Source: Candidatus Lokiarchaeum ossiferum
Lineage (GTDB): Archaea; Asgardarchaeota; Lokiarchaeia; Sigyniarchaeales; Promethearchaeaceae
Assembly: GCA_025839675.1 (NCBI GenBank)
Contig: CP104013.1
Span: 5,640,001-5,672,000 of the forward strand
Length of the DNA: 32,000 nucleotides
Reading direction: 5' to 3'
Below, in pieces: positions 15,342 through 22,884 of the stretch. The notes under the pieces are model-generated. The model saw only the letters and a program-made list of their open reading frames with translations. It was not told where the DNA came from and made no database searches. Numbering within the stretch: the first letter of the stretch is position 1; every line of letters starts with the position of its first letter. The translations under genes and the position numbers were made by a program.

Positions 15342-17105
15342 CTATTTTTTTTTCTTCAATATTTCTGAACCACGTTTAAGTAAAGCAAATTCTTTAGAAT
15401 CAAAAGCATCAGGATCTATTGTAGTAATCGATGTCCCGTTATAAATGGTGATATTTTCACTTAAAACTTCATAAAATTGGATTATTTTTTTAAATTCATT
15501 ATAAATCGTTAGATATTCCAGACAATCAATCAAAATAATACTTTTTTCATTTTTAGTACTAGCTTCCTTCAAAAAAGCTTTCAGCAAATGCAATATAATC
15601 TGGAGGTTTGGTTGGATATATCGTTTATCTTCATCAACAATTGAATTATTCACCCAAACGATGGGCGTTTCCTTCAGAGAATATTTTTTCCGGATTTTTT
15701 CTGGATGAAGACGGGAAATTACTAAACCCAATTTACCCGAATGTACTTGGTTAATAAAAGAATTATAGGGTATGTCCATATCAGAATCCATGAAAATATA
15801 TGATGTTCCTAAGATTAAATCGGTAAATTTTTCCACTACTTGGTTTTGTTTGGCTTTAATTTGAGGTTGTTTAATTGGTTTTTCATGTACAGGTGTAATC
15901 TTCATTTTAGTAATTTCTTGTTGAAGTTTTACATTTTCTTCTTTCAATTTTTTCTGATATATCGTCAATTCCTTTTCGTATTCTTTTTTAGTCGTGATAT
16001 CTGAAAATCTCATTAAAAAAAAGTGTTGTTCCGTAACCATTTGGAGGGGTATAATTGATAGAAGAAAAGTGCGTAATTTTCCCATTTCATCCAATAATTC
16101 CACTTCTTCGTCTCGAACTTCTTCATTTAAATGGATCATTCTCTTTATTGGACATAAATCTGTGTTACATTCGGGGCGTTGAAAGATTTCCGAGCAGAGT
16201 AAAGCTATAGGTTCTTTAATTCGCAGAGGGTTTATTCCCCTGAGATGAACAGTGGCATGGTTGATTAAACGAGTTTCCAAATTTTCATCAACGATCAGCA
16301 TCGGATCAGGAATGGACTGAATTATTTTCTCTAATTGATTCGCCAAATTAATTTTTGCCCGAAATTGAGTTATTTCGCGAAGAGTTACCAACATCAATCT
16401 ATATGTGTGGGAAAAATCATTGATGGGAATAATATTTGCAAAGTAAACTTTCACACCAGATGAAAATCGTGCGATTATTTCTTTATCATTTAGAGGCATC
16501 ATATTTCTGGTCGATAAATCAATGAGATTATTAAGATGAGGCCAATTTAATTCAGGGAAAAAGTCTGTATATTTTTTATTTTTGATATCATCTTCATTTT
16601 TTCTTAAGAGCATTAATCCTCGCTTATTGATATACTGAAGATAGTGATTTTCTAGCGATATCACAAAGAAAATTTCATCAATCTGTTCCAACATCTCATA
16701 AAGAAGAAATTCACTTTTTAATTTATCTGAAATATCCGTACAAACTAAAAGAAAAATCCGATCTTCTATTTCTGATGCTGGATTTAAACAACGTCCAGAA
16801 ATTAACACAGGTGTATACTCTTCATCAGAAGAAATTAGTATGGTTTCAAGGGGTTTTTCTAAGGAACTTAAAGACAATAAGTATTCTCTTAGAGATCCTC
16901 TGGAATTTCGCTTAACCAACTGATAAATATCAATTGAAGGTGGATTTTGGGGCATTGGAAATTCTTGTGCATCATCTGGTAAGTAAAATTCCCAAAATGA
17001 TTGATTTGCCCAAACCAACTTATGAAATTTGACAATGAGAACTGGAGACGGTAAGTTTTCTAAAATTTCATCCATTGTTAGACTATTTCGGGTTGGTTTG
17101 GACAT
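15342..17105 (-). CDS. PAS-domain sensor protein with C-terminal DUF835 domain
   Basis: The N-terminal ~380 aa show repeated PAS-like patterns, then a coiled-coil linker ('KKLKEENVKLQQEITKMK'). The C-terminus matches the DUF835 pattern as I recall it: 'GTSYIF', 'GLVISRLHPEKIRKKY', 'IVWVNN', 'IQPNLQIILHLLKAFL', 'IILIDCLEYLTIYNEF', 'DPDAFDSKEFALLKR'. Confidence 0.8.
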   Translation of the reverse strand: MSKPTRNSLTMDEILENLPSPVLIVKFHKLVWANQSFWEFYLPDDAQEFPMPQNPPSIDIYQLVKRNSRGSLREYLLSLSSLEKPLETILISSDEEYTPVLISGRCLNPASEIEDRIFLLVCTDISDKLKSEFLLYEMLEQIDEIFFVISLENHYLQYINKRGLMLLRKNEDDIKNKKYTDFFPELNWPHLNNLIDLSTRNMMPLNDKEIIARFSSGVKVYFANIIPINDFSHTYRLMLVTLREITQFRAKINLANQLEKIIQSIPDPMLIVDENLETRLINHATVHLRGINPLRIKEPIALLCSEIFQRPECNTDLCPIKRMIHLNEEVRDEEVELLDEMGKLRTFLLSIIPLQMVTEQHFFLMRFSDITTKKEYEKELTIYQKKLKEENVKLQQEITKMKITPVHEKPIKQPQIKAKQNQVVEKFTDLILGTSYIFMDSDMDIPYNSFINQVHSGKLGLVISRLHPEKIRKKYSLKETPIVWVNNSIVDEDKRYIQPNLQIILHLLKAFLKEASTKNEKSIILIDCLEYLTIYNEFKKIIQFYEVLSENITIYNGTSITTIDPDAFDSKEFALLKRGSEILKKKK

Positions 17106-17341
17106 AAAAGCATCTCATTTAAAAATAAAATTGGGAAATTTCTTCCTAGATTAAGGTGTTTCAACATCGCTTTTATGAATTGACTTCAAAAATAAAATAA
17201 AAATTAATGTGAAAAAGATTCCAATTTCCATACAACTAAAAAATTCATTTATATACAAAATTTTTTCACTAATTATCCAAAAAAAACATTAAAAAACAAT
17301 AAAAGTTAATTTAAAAATACGTTTATTAACTAGTGAAGGCA

Positions 17342-17758
17342 ATGTTCGTAGAAAACAATTTATTTAGTATTAAATCTTCGAAAAGAGAACAATTCATATC
17401 AATTACTGAAGATATTAATAATCTGGTTTTAAGATCTGGAGCTGAAGTTGGTGTTGTAAAAATTTTTATCCCTCACACAACTGCTGCTGTGACTATAAAT
17501 CAAAATGCGAACCCTGATGTTATCAAAGATATACAAACTATTCTTGCCAGTAGCATTAAAGGACATCGATTACTAAATGCTGAAGGAAACTCGGATAGCC
17601 ATTTCAAGTCTTCATTGTTTGGAGTATCTTTGGAAATTCCTATTGAAAGAAGAAAAATGATCCTCGGAGAATGGCAAGGTGTTTTTTTCTGTGAATTCGA
17701 TGGTCCCAGAACACGAAAGGTTCATGTTCAAGTCTGGGGGCACCAAGAAAAACGATAA
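17342..17758 (+). CDS. YjbQ/UPF0047-family protein (secondary thiamine-phosphate synthase-like)
   Basis: 'ISITEDINNLV...VGVVKIFIPHTTAAVTINQNANPDV', 'NSDSHFKSSLFG', 'LGEWQGVFFCEFDGPR.R' are the conserved UPF0047 blocks. The ORF opens at GTG 17333, and ATG 17342 is the more conventional start. Confidence 0.85.
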   Translation: MFVENNLFSIKSSKREQFISITEDINNLVLRSGAEVGVVKIFIPHTTAAVTINQNANPDVIKDIQTILASSIKGHRLLNAEGNSDSHFKSSLFGVSLEIPIERRKMILGEWQGVFFCEFDGPRTRKVHVQVWGHQEKR

Positions 17759-17799
17759 TTATTTTCATTTTTTAAAAAACCCAAAAATATGATCATATC

Positions 17800-17934
17800 A
17801 TGGACTGTCCTCGATGTAGGATTTGTGGAAATCGAATTAGGATGAAATCCATTAAACGAAAGGGTGGATTTCATAAACATACTAAATTTCAATGTCCTCA
17901 ATGCGGGTTTATTCGAATGAAGAAGAATCAATGA
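17800..17934 (+). CDS. Small basic zinc-ribbon protein (44 aa), not in the supplied ORF track
   Basis: My own translation: MDCPRCRICGNRIRMKSIKRKGGFHKHTKFQCPQCGFIRMKKNQ, with TGA at 17932-17934. It has two CxxC pairs (CPRC ... CPQC) and is R/K-rich. An A/T box 'ttttaaaaaa' lies ~21-30 nt upstream of the ATG. It sits between the YjbQ and CDP-alcohol phosphatidyltransferase genes on the same strand. Confidence 0.5.
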   Translation: MDCPRCRICGNRIRMKSIKRKGGFHKHTKFQCPQCGFIRMKKNQ

Positions 17935-17991
17935 ATGATTTTAATCAAGAATATCTCTATTCTTATATAGATCAAAATCTTAAGATATTTT

Positions 17992-18612
17992 ATGCTTCTT
18001 CAAATGAAGAAATATTCGGGAAAGCTTTTATCTCCTTTGGGGAAAAAAATTTCACATGTTCCTGCGAATTATATAACAATATGTAGCTTGGTCTCATGTA
18101 TTGTTGTTTGTATATCACTTGCTTTTCAAATATTACCCCTTGCCATAATTTTTCTTTTCTTAATTGAATTTTTTGATCAACTTGATGGAGTTGTTGCTCG
18201 AATTCAAGGGGCTACGAAATTTGGTGCTTTTTTAGACTCTACGTTGGATAGATATGGTGATATTTTCTTATATGTTGGCATTATGCTTGGAAACTATACA
18301 GAACCTTGGATCGTCATGCTTTCCCTTGTAGGTGCATTTTTAACATCTTATACCCGAGCTCGAGTGGAAGCTTTAGGAATTTCATCTTTAGGTGGAATTG
18401 GGTTGCTGGAAAGAACAGATCGTGTACCCATATTAATGATTGGAACTATATTCCAATTTTGGTTTAATAATGCATTAGAATGGACTGTGATAATTTTGAT
18501 GATTGGTGGTCATTTCACAGCGATTCAAAGAATTTTCTATGCAAATCGCCATCTCTCCAAAATTCGAGATAAAAAAATCGAAAAAGATCCTGAAACTTTA
18601 TCCCCTAACTAA
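17992..18612 (+). CDS. CDP-alcohol phosphatidyltransferase family protein (archaeal polar-lipid headgroup synthase type)
   Basis: Signature 'DQLDGVVARIQGATKFGAFLDSTLDRYGD' (DG-x2-AR...G-x3-D-x3-D). ~200 aa with several TM segments, and the N-terminal 'ANYITICSLV' resembles the usual 'PN.iT' start. Headgroup specificity (inositol-P, serine, glycerol-P) cannot be read from the sequence. Confidence 0.85.
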   Translation: MLLQMKKYSGKLLSPLGKKISHVPANYITICSLVSCIVVCISLAFQILPLAIIFLFLIEFFDQLDGVVARIQGATKFGAFLDSTLDRYGDIFLYVGIMLGNYTEPWIVMLSLVGAFLTSYTRARVEALGISSLGGIGLLERTDRVPILMIGTIFQFWFNNALEWTVIILMIGGHFTAIQRIFYANRHLSKIRDKKIEKDPETLSPN

Positions 18613-19433
18613 AACTCTTCAATAATATCTAACAATGTTTTTTCTATCCAATTCCAATCTGGTTCATTCTTGTGTAATTCAATATAATGAATTGTCTCAT
18701 GAAAGAGAGGGTAGTAGAACTTGCTTAATGAATTTAGTACATTGGTAGTATTAAAAGGAATCTTTCCATTTTCATCATAATAATTCCCTGAAAAACTACA
18801 TTTGTAGGGAAGGGCTGAAACCCATTTTTTTCCTAATAATGTAAATATCTCTTCATCTTTAGTGATTGATTTAAGGGGTTGAATGAGATTTATTCCTTCT
18901 TTCTCCAATAGGATTTTTAAAAGATCTAAAACTTCGGGCAATTGATTTAATTTTTTCCGGGTTCCATGAATATCCCGTTCACCAGTAATAAATTTTGCGA
19001 CCTTTAGATGATGGGCTATAGGAACTCGCATCATATGAAAGAAAAGATGGCAGGCGGGACAAGGAGAGAAATAGTGAAAGTGTTTTTGAACAATAGCTAA
19101 GGTTCGCACAATAAGGAGATCAAATAATGAACTGACATCTAAATACATGAATTCCGTTTTTTTTATATTTAAAAGTGCTTTATCGTTGCTAATATATTCA
19201 AAATGCTCTGTTGGTTCATCAATATTTCCATAAAAAGACCGGTGGTTAATCCCAATACCAACTAATTTTTTGATACTCGATTTTTTCGCAACTTGAAGAA
19301 TGGCTGCAATACTATCTTTTCCAGCAACCTCTGCAATAATTGTTTCAGAAGAATCGGAAGAATTTTTTGAATTTATTTGATAAAAATCACTAAAATTAAG
19401 CATCACGGATTTAGCTGACTGTAATTTTCCCAT
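18609..19433 (-). CDS. Adenine-nucleotide alpha-hydrolase (PP-loop ATPase)-like protein with degenerate P-loop
   Basis: 'IIAEVAGKDSIAAIL' aligns with the PP-loop 'SGGKDS' but is one residue short and lacks the Ser. About 85 aa later, 'CPACHLFFHMMRVPIAHHLKVAKFITGERDIH' resembles the CxxC...A...G...tGH.dD block of TtcA/TilS-type enzymes. Assignment is tentative. Confidence 0.4.
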   Translation of the reverse strand: MGKLQSAKSVMLNFSDFYQINSKNSSDSSETIIAEVAGKDSIAAILQVAKKSSIKKLVGIGINHRSFYGNIDEPTEHFEYISNDKALLNIKKTEFMYLDVSSLFDLLIVRTLAIVQKHFHYFSPCPACHLFFHMMRVPIAHHLKVAKFITGERDIHGTRKKLNQLPEVLDLLKILLEKEGINLIQPLKSITKDEEIFTLLGKKWVSALPYKCSFSGNYYDENGKIPFNTTNVLNSLSKFYYPLFHETIHYIELHKNEPDWNWIEKTLLDIIEEF

Positions 19434-19442
19434 AATACCTTT

Positions 19443-20441
19443 TTATTTGGATATCAATTTTAATCTTCTTCCCAAACGGTGCCAAAAAGAAATTAATTCC
19501 TTTTTTGTGAACGATGGGTTCACTTCAAGAACAAAAAATCGCTCTTCAGTTTTCCATTCAGCTTCGCTTTCTTCAAGCCAGTTCATTATTCGATGACAAT
19601 TCTCAAAAAACGCTTTATAAAGAAATGGTAATCTTTTCAACGGAGGATCTGCTTTCGTGTAGGGTAGAAGATGTTGATCTGATGAACCATCATTGGAATG
19701 AATATGAAAAACAAGTACATGGGGTAGGAATTTTTCAGAATGATTCATCCATTCTTCTTCACCATTTCCATCCCTTTGTTGATATAAGAGATAATGTCCG
19801 GTATCAAAGCAAAACTTGAAAAATGAAATTAAATGACCCTTTCCAATTTGTTTCAACTCTATTTCTAAGGATTCCCTAAGAATTATTAAATTACTAAGAC
19901 TTTGAAAATAGGCTCCACTTTCTTGGGCATTTTCAATGCAAAGATAAAGTGGTGCATCTTCTAGTACTTTAAGCACTTTCTGATCAGTTAACTGACTGAT
20001 GAATTGCTCGGTAGTATCTTCAATATTTGAAGGAGGGTGCAGTATGATTCCTTTTGATTTTGATAAAGAACACAGCTCCATTTGCTTCAATAATGTAGGA
20101 ATAAATCCTGAATTAGGGGGTAATTGATCTTTTCGATATGGAATATGACATAGGGATTGAAAAGGTATTTTACAGTTCTCGATTACCCTCAAATATCTTT
20201 CGCGAAAAGTCTGATTTACCAAAAATCCATTGCATTTTTTAAAATGAAAGCTTGCTCCAATATGCTTTGGTATTTGAGCTGCTTCATGGATTTTTTTTAC
20301 CCATAAAACCAAATCTGTGAAAATATTTTCAAAGGAATAAGTTTCAATTTCAAATATTGATATCCATGCTTCATCACCGACAAAAACCCGGCTGTCCAGT
20401 TCATAACCTGCAAAATATTGACGTTTATCTTTGAAGTACAT
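19443..20441 (-). CDS. Xylose-isomerase-like TIM-barrel protein (sugar-phosphate isomerase/epimerase or AP-endonuclease-2 superfamily)
   Basis: Ordered metal-ligand-type blocks typical of this fold: 'GIILHPP', 'LCIENAQE', 'FCFDTGHYL', 'FHIHSNDGSSDQHLLP', 'FVLEV'. The track ORF begins at TTG 20450. ATG 20441 ('MYFKDK...') is used here. Confidence 0.6.
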   Translation of the reverse strand: MYFKDKRQYFAGYELDSRVFVGDEAWISIFEIETYSFENIFTDLVLWVKKIHEAAQIPKHIGASFHFKKCNGFLVNQTFRERYLRVIENCKIPFQSLCHIPYRKDQLPPNSGFIPTLLKQMELCSLSKSKGIILHPPSNIEDTTEQFISQLTDQKVLKVLEDAPLYLCIENAQESGAYFQSLSNLIILRESLEIELKQIGKGHLISFFKFCFDTGHYLLYQQRDGNGEEEWMNHSEKFLPHVLVFHIHSNDGSSDQHLLPYTKADPPLKRLPFLYKAFFENCHRIMNWLEESEAEWKTEERFFVLEVNPSFTKKELISFWHRLGRRLKLISK

Positions 20442-20484
20442 TGAGATCAACCAGGAAAAATTTTACGAGAATTACTAAAATTCA

Positions 20485-21468
20485 TTAAAATAATGCATAA
20501 GCAATTTTCTCTAATAATGTTAGTTGTGGTTTTTTTTTATCCTTGAAAAATTGCGAAATTTCAACCGATTGGGAATACATTTCCGAAAATTTATTTGAGA
20601 AAACATCAATGATCTCTTTTTGTCGTGATATAAATGCCCCTAAAAGAGTATTGCTTGGATCTACAGAATATTGCAGTAATTCTTCATCTTCCTTAATAAT
20701 AAAATTTCCTATTGTATTTTGAGAAACCCTTACCTCAATGTTTGGGTTCATTTTTTCTGTGAGAATTTTTAGTTCTGAAGGGTCAATTTTAGTTTGTGCA
20801 ATTTTTAGAATCGTTTCCTCTAAATATTCTTCTGAAAGAAGCACATTGAAGGTGTGATTGGGAAAATCTTTGTTCCATTTCTCAAGAATTTCACCAAAAT
20901 TAGCATATCCATTTTTCTTTCGATATGCTTTTGATGAAAGAAGGCTATATAGGTGTTCAATGAAATCAATCTTTACTCTGAGACCCTTAGAGATAAAAAT
21001 ATTTTTTTCAGGACCCCCTAACAGTTCATTGTTAATAAAATCAATTGGTTCATTATCACCTAATATATTAATATATTCTACTGGTGGAAGACTCGGTTGT
21101 TCTGGGATCAAGTTATAAGAATCAATCATGCTTTTAAACTGCATTTCACAATTTGTTATTTTTTCATTTGATTCAATTCGAATTTGTTTAATTTTATCTG
21201 AAACGATTTTTTCCCAAGAAGTAATAGGATCATTCAAAATGACTTTCATTGGTCGTGAATAAACTTGAACAAGTTCTAAATCCTTGAGAACACTAAATAT
21301 TTTGTAAATACGTTTGAGAGAGAGTCCTAAAGTTTGATAAATGGACTTTGGATCTTCAATAGTATGGTTTTTAATTAAATAATCATAAACTATTTCTATC
21401 CCTTTTTCATTGATATCTATCGCATCAAAAAGATCGACTAATTTTGAAAAGGGGTTTTGATTTTCCAT
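20485..21468 (-). CDS. TrmB-like winged-helix transcriptional regulator
   Basis: The N-terminal wHTH pattern 'IYQTLGLSLKRIYKIFSVLKDLELVQVYSRPMKV' matches the TrmB HTH (..lGls..kvY.vL..Le..Glv......P..y), followed by a coiled-coil arm. The ~200-aa C-terminal domain and overall size (327 aa) fit full-length TrmB-type proteins. Confidence 0.65.
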   Translation of the reverse strand: MENQNPFSKLVDLFDAIDINEKGIEIVYDYLIKNHTIEDPKSIYQTLGLSLKRIYKIFSVLKDLELVQVYSRPMKVILNDPITSWEKIVSDKIKQIRIESNEKITNCEMQFKSMIDSYNLIPEQPSLPPVEYINILGDNEPIDFINNELLGGPEKNIFISKGLRVKIDFIEHLYSLLSSKAYRKKNGYANFGEILEKWNKDFPNHTFNVLLSEEYLEETILKIAQTKIDPSELKILTEKMNPNIEVRVSQNTIGNFIIKEDEELLQYSVDPSNTLLGAFISRQKEIIDVFSNKFSEMYSQSVEISQFFKDKKKPQLTLLEKIAYALF

Positions 21469-21510
21469 TCTATTTTTCTCCCAATTTTTTTATACTTGAT
21501 TCTAATGAAC

Positions 21511-22056
21511 CTAGTTTATAGATGCCCTATCCATCATATAATTTGTGATTTTTGAGAAAACTTCTTCAACATTTTCTCCCGTAAGGGCACTAACTTCAAT
21601 ATATTCTATTAAGTTATTTTGCTTCGTCGTTTGGAGACCATGTTCCTTTGGTATTTTCCGAAATTCTTCTAAGTCAACTTTATTTCCAACTAAAAGAATT
21701 GGTATACTGCCATTACGTTCTTTTACAATTGAGATCCAGCTATCTAAAGCTAACAATGTATCTGGTCGGGTGAGATCGAATAAAAAGAATGCTCCCGAAG
21801 ACCCCAAACAATATGTTGGTAGTAGAAAACGGAAACGTGATTCTCCCCCTAAATCCCAAATTTGTAATTTAACCCGTTTATTTTCCCCTTGTTTATTAAT
21901 AACTTCAACAGTTTTTACATAAAATTCGACCCCTACTGTTAATTTGATTTCAGGATTGAAAACTCCAGAAATGAATCGATCTGAAAGGGAGGTTTTACCA
22001 GTTGATGCTGAGCCCAACATTAAAATTTTAAATGTGTAATCAATTGTTCTTGCCAT
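21511..22056 (-). CDS. Rab/Ras-like small GTPase
   Basis: G1 is 'GSASTGKTS', G2 Thr lies in 'KLTVGVEF', G3 is 'WDLGGESRF', G4 'GNKVDL', G5 'VSALTG'. The whole length is colinear with Rab ('KLQIWD..G.ERF', 'LLVGNK.DL'). There are no C-terminal Cys residues (ends '...MMDRASIN'). Confidence 0.9.
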   Translation of the reverse strand: MARTIDYTFKILMLGSASTGKTSLSDRFISGVFNPEIKLTVGVEFYVKTVEVINKQGENKRVKLQIWDLGGESRFRFLLPTYCLGSSGAFFLFDLTRPDTLLALDSWISIVKERNGSIPILLVGNKVDLEEFRKIPKEHGLQTTKQNNLIEYIEVSALTGENVEEVFSKITNYMMDRASIN

Positions 22057-22267
22057 TGTTCTTCTTCCGGATTATGTACTCTTTATTTTTTAAATTACTT
22101 TTTTTTTATGTTGATTTAATGGGTTTAGGGGTATTTTATCTTAAAGCAAACATATTCATTAATTTTTGTGTTCTTATTATTTATTATTGTGAAACGGAAA
22201 AAAAAGGCTTCTGTCTTTTCGAGCGAAAAGAGTATTTTTTTTATAGAAAAAAAAATTGGTTCTAATA

Positions 22268-22870
22268 ATGGTTACAATAAAATTTCTTAATGAAGCATCC
22301 ACCACAGTCGCTGTAAAGCGAGAATTTTCCGACCATAAAGAGCATTTGCTAATAATTTCTTCATTTTCATTAATCACAATTGTTTTGATGATTGCAAATT
22401 ATATTTCTACTCAGAAAATACCTCGTTTCTATTATTCATATTTGGTTATTTTTCTATTAATTATATTGTACTTCATTTTTCCCACATCGATATTGATAAT
22501 AGATTTGGAAAAAAACCGGTGGGATATTAAAAAAATGCTTTATTTTATCCCATACAATCATCAAATTGGAAAAATTTCTGACATCTCAAGATTTGTGAGT
22601 TACGAAATGGTTGATCATAGAAAGAAGAATCCAAAATCAAAGCTGTCTTATCGAAAAACAAAATATTATTCTTCTTTTGAAATTTGGGGTTTTAGGGATT
22701 CTGATGGGAATATCCTAAAAAATATCTTTTCTAGCAGAACTGTTTACATTTTTTCCAGTCATGAAAAAGAACTACGCGAAAATAACCGAATTGGGCTTTC
22801 CTTAGAAAAATACTTTACTACATTGAAGATTCCCATCGAATATGAAGCAATTCGGGAGATTGAACATTAA
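22268..22870 (+). CDS. Hypothetical membrane protein (two TM segments plus soluble C-terminal domain)
   Basis: The track ORF opens at TTG 22256. ATG 22268 ('MVTIKFLNE...') is used here. Two hydrophobic segments ('LLIISSFSLITIVLMIANYI', 'YLVIFLLIILYFIFPTSILII') are followed by a ~120-aa charged domain. No family recognised. Confidence 0.55.
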   Translation: MVTIKFLNEASTTVAVKREFSDHKEHLLIISSFSLITIVLMIANYISTQKIPRFYYSYLVIFLLIILYFIFPTSILIIDLEKNRWDIKKMLYFIPYNHQIGKISDISRFVSYEMVDHRKKNPKSKLSYRKTKYYSSFEIWGFRDSDGNILKNIFSSRTVYIFSSHEKELRENNRIGLSLEKYFTTLKIPIEYEAIREIEH

Positions 22871-22884
22871 TTCTTAATTTAACT

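Noticed and set aside
17728-18086. Track ORFs 17728-17931(-) and 17892-18086(+)
   Set aside because: Neither has any motif. One overlaps the YjbQ 3' end and the zinc-ribbon ORF. The other overlaps the well-supported start of the CDP-alcohol phosphatidyltransferase in another frame.
22215-22242. Hairpin 'cttttcg-ag-cgaaaag' followed by T8, resembling a bacterial intrinsic terminator or attenuator upstream of 22268
   Set aside because: The stem is short and AU-rich, and the 2-nt loop forces the effective stem to 5-6 bp. No upstream plus-strand gene ends there, and archaea do not need hairpins for termination. It is most likely chance.
22032-22377. Track ORFs 22032-22265(+) and 22177-22377(-) in the divergent region between the GTPase and the membrane-protein gene
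   Set aside because: These are Phe/Leu/Lys-rich translations of T/A homopolymer-rich promoter DNA, and they overlap the real gene starts.
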